Shown piece by piece: positions 60,695 through 64,000 of a stretch of DNA of 64,000 nt. The stretch is from assembly GCF_039654945.1 (NCBI RefSeq), contig NW_027361788.1, positions 9,982,001 through 10,046,000 of the forward strand. Reading direction: 5' to 3'. How positions within the stretch are numbered: position 1 is the stretch's first letter; every line of letters begins with the position of its first letter. Origin of the DNA: Dendrobates tinctorius (Eukaryota). Under the pieces are notes generated by a model, which saw only the letters and a program-made list of their open reading frames with translations, ran no database searches and was not told where the DNA came from. A program made the position numbers and the translations under genes.

Positions 60695-63600
60695 TTTTTA
60701 TTTAGGTTTCAAAAGATTTTAAACAATAAACAGTGGATATCAATATACATGTAGCAATTCACATATCTTGTAATAATACAATCAAAGCCATCCCCCCTCC
60801 CCCAATACTCCTTATGCCGGGTATACTTGAGAGTCTTAGCAATCATATCACCGCCATCCAGGCGGACCATATTTTTTCGAAAGTTCTTTCACCATGCCTT
60901 CGCCTGTAAATGCTTTCCTCTAAATGCATTACCATACGTGTCTGAGCAATAAATTCCCTCCTAGTGTGGGGTTCCGAATCCTTCCATTTTCGTGCTATTA
61001 GTTTGCGTGCCACATACAGCAACCTCGCTATTGCCACCTTGTAATGTTCTGAGACAGGTAACCCATCCACCTCCCCCAAAACACACAGCACTGGATTCCT
61101 GTCGAGCATACATGCATAAGCTCTCTCAATTTTGTTGATAACGACCAGCCAGTATGCCACCAGCCGCGGACACGACCATAGCATATGTAACGGTCCGGCC
61201 TGGTCTGTGCCACATCTAGGGCAGCTAGAGTCTCCCCTCAAGCCCGCCTTGAATAGGACCAGCGGTGTTTTGTATGTTCTATGTATTACATATAATTGGG
61301 AGAGCCGTGCCTGCTCACTTAGAGAGATCTTCGGGACATATTCAGGAATAGCCTCCCATTTTTCTGTTGTGAGGGTACCCACCTCCCTTTCCCATTTACT
61401 CTTTGCAGTGAGGTGATTGTCCCCCAGATAAGAGTGTAGTAGATCATGATATATGCTCGATATAACTCCCCTCGTCCCTCCCTTCATACACACAAAGTCT
61501 AGTACAATGTCGCCCTGAACCGTCATGGCTCCCAATCTACACTGTGCCCTCCAAGCATGTCGAAGCATATGGTATTGAAACCCCCATACCGAAGGCAAAT
61601 CAAATTCCTCTCTCAATGTCTCAAAGGTCTTCAGGTCCGTTCCACTCTGCAGCTGGCACACATATCTCACTCCTTTCGCCTTCCAATTGCCCATTTGACG
61701 CAGCTTATTAAGTTCCGGCAGATGCTCATTGTCCCACACCGGTGAGTACCTAGTCAGCTCATCCACCCCTCTGATCCTTTTAATGGTGTCCCATACCTTC
61801 TGAATCATGCCTATGGTAGGATATGGTGCTCCCAGTTTCTTAAAGGTACCATCCTCTAGACCCTGGATAAGTGGGCGTCTCCCCGTCACATGTACCAGCA
61901 CCCGGTGAGCTGCTCCTCCACAATCGAGCTCTCTCCATCCCCTCACATGCTGGCCCTGTACTGCCAAGAAATAGACCCATGGACTTGGGGCGGCCAGTCC
62001 TCCCTCTTCCTTCCCTTTTTGCAGAGTTCCAAATTTAATCCGTGCCTGCCTCTTGCCCCATATCAAGGATCTGAAGATAGAATCAATGCCCCGAAACCGT
62101 TTTTTTGGTAGCCATATCGGCGAACTGTGCAAAACTTACATTAGTTGTGGCATAGGGACCATCTTAATCAGGTTAGTTCTACCCGTTACCGTTAAAGCCA
62201 ATTTGCACCATGCACCTATTTTCCCTTTAAATTTCTCTAGCAGAGGAACCAAATTCAGATCCGTGAATCGGGACAGTGGAAGAGCTACCCATATCCCTAG
62301 GTATCTAAACTGTGAAACTAGCTGGAGTTGTTTCCCCCTCTCATCTGTCTCCTCCGCTTCTATTGCTCTATCCACAGCCATGACGTAAGACTTGTGCCAA
62401 TTTATCTCCAGTCCCGAAATGCTTCCAAATTGTTTAATTACATCCATCGTGCACTCCAGTGTCTCTCCTGCACTTTCCAAAAACAACAGGATGTCGTCGG
62501 CATACAATGATATTTTTTCTTCCAGCTTCCCAAATTTAAATCCGACCACTCCCCTCTCAGCTCTGATCTTGGCCGCCAGGGGCTCCATTGCCACCGCGAA
62601 CAATAGCGGGGACAGCGGACACCCCTGCCTTGTGCCCCTATGCAAGTCAAACATCCCGGACTGTTCTCCATTCACCTTAACTACCGCCTTTGGGGATGAG
62701 TACAATAACTTCACCCAGGCCATGAACGCGGGGCCGAATCCCATCAGTTCCATGATTTTCCATAAGTATTGCCATTCCACACAATCAAATGCTTTTCTAG
62801 CGTCCAATGACATCACTATTCTCCTGCCACCATTATCAGCAGGCAGTTGCATATTAAGAAATAATCTTCTTAAGTTAACAGCCGTTGAGCGGTTAGGCAT
62901 AAAGCCCGACTGGTCCTCGTGTATAATGGTATGCGCAACCCCGGTGAGCCGGGTGGCCAGGATCTTAGCGAGTATTTTGATATCCGTTGTCAACAACTAA
63001 ATGGGCCTGTACGACTCCGCATCCATGGGATCTTTTCCCTCCTTCGGCAGAACTACTATTACCGCTTCCTCCATTGATCTCGGCAGTGCCCCCGTCACTA
63101 AAGCCTCATCAAACACAGATTTCAATTTCAGAGCCAGCAGTTCCACTAACTCCCTGTACTCCTCCCCAGGTAGACCATCAGCTCCCGGTGATTTGTTATT
63201 GGGCATAGACAGTATTGCACATTCCACCTCCTTCACACTCACAGGTTCTTCCAACCTCAACCTATCTTCCTCAGACAATTTAGGTAGTGAAATGCCTTCC
63301 AAAAAATTCTCCACATCCCCCTCTGTGTCCCGTGCTCTCGAAGTGTACAGTGCCATGTAATATGCCTTGAAGACCTCCAGTATGTCCTTTGTGTCTGTCA
63401 GAGTCGCCCCTGTTTGATCTCTCAGTTGTACACCCTGGAAGACTCCCTCTGTGCCACAGATATCACCGCCAACAAGTAACCCACTCTCTCTCCTTCTTCA
63501 AAGAATTGGGCTTGCTGAAATGCCCTTTTCCTCTCAGCTTGCATCATGTGCAGTTTATCAACTGCCTCCTGAGCCAATTTTAGTCTATTGTGAGCTTCAC

Positions 63601-64000
63601 TCGTTGGCACCAAAACCATGTCTGCCTCCGCTCTTGTCAGGTCATCCTTTATTTGTTGATCTGCCAATTTAGTTTTGGTCTTACACCTCGCAATCTCACT
63701 TATAAAAAGTCCCCTCGTAAACGCCTTCATGGCATCCCATACCGTTGTGGCCTCAGTTCTCCCTTCGTTCAATTGGAAGAAGTGCTCTAGCTCTTTGGTT
63801 ATGCCACCCATATCCACCACTTTAAGCCACGTCGGGTGAAGACGCCAACCTCCCCTCTGACCCTAAGCAGATCTCACCAGAAGCGTGACCACCACAGGAC
63901 CATGATCCGAGAGAGTCCTCTGTAGGTATTCCACCTCCCCCACCATCCCGTCTATAGCGGTATCCCCCAAAGCCAGGTCTATCCTCGACAGTGTTCCCTG
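60695..64000 (-). mobile_element. L1-clade LINE ORF2 with several stops/frameshifts, plus 3' end (5' part beyond window)
   Basis: Endonuclease end TLSDH (~63900), KSPGADG, QGCPLSP, YADD, C-terminal CPRC..HMLWSC. AATAAA on the - strand near 60697-60702. Confidence 0.93.

Overview
This window is vertebrate genomic DNA, most likely from a frog (inferred from the TE repertoire). It holds two head-to-head housekeeping genes. ppp6c lies on the - strand with coding exons 1-6; exon 7 falls left of the window. rabepk lies on the + strand with five coding exons; the rest fall right of the window. A compact candidate bidirectional promoter sits at about 42.1-42.5 kb. The introns are mostly transposon DNA. 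Retroelements: a structurally complete DIRS element, a two-LTR Tf1/sushi-type chromovirus, two L2 copies and an L1 ORF2. DNA elements: five Tc1-family elements, a hAT relic, a Chapaev3 relic split by an 11.8-kb nest, a 3.7-kb foldback hAT and many MITEs. There are also several minisatellites. I see no wholly new gene system. The most unusual signals are an apparent spliceosomal intron needed to complete the DIRS gag, the near-perfect foldback hAT, a self-priming PBS with a 6-bp TSD on the chromovirus, a 2A-like peptide in frame with the L2 endonuclease, and a DD36E Tc1. Coordinates were read by eye. Family names come from motif recognition, not database searches.
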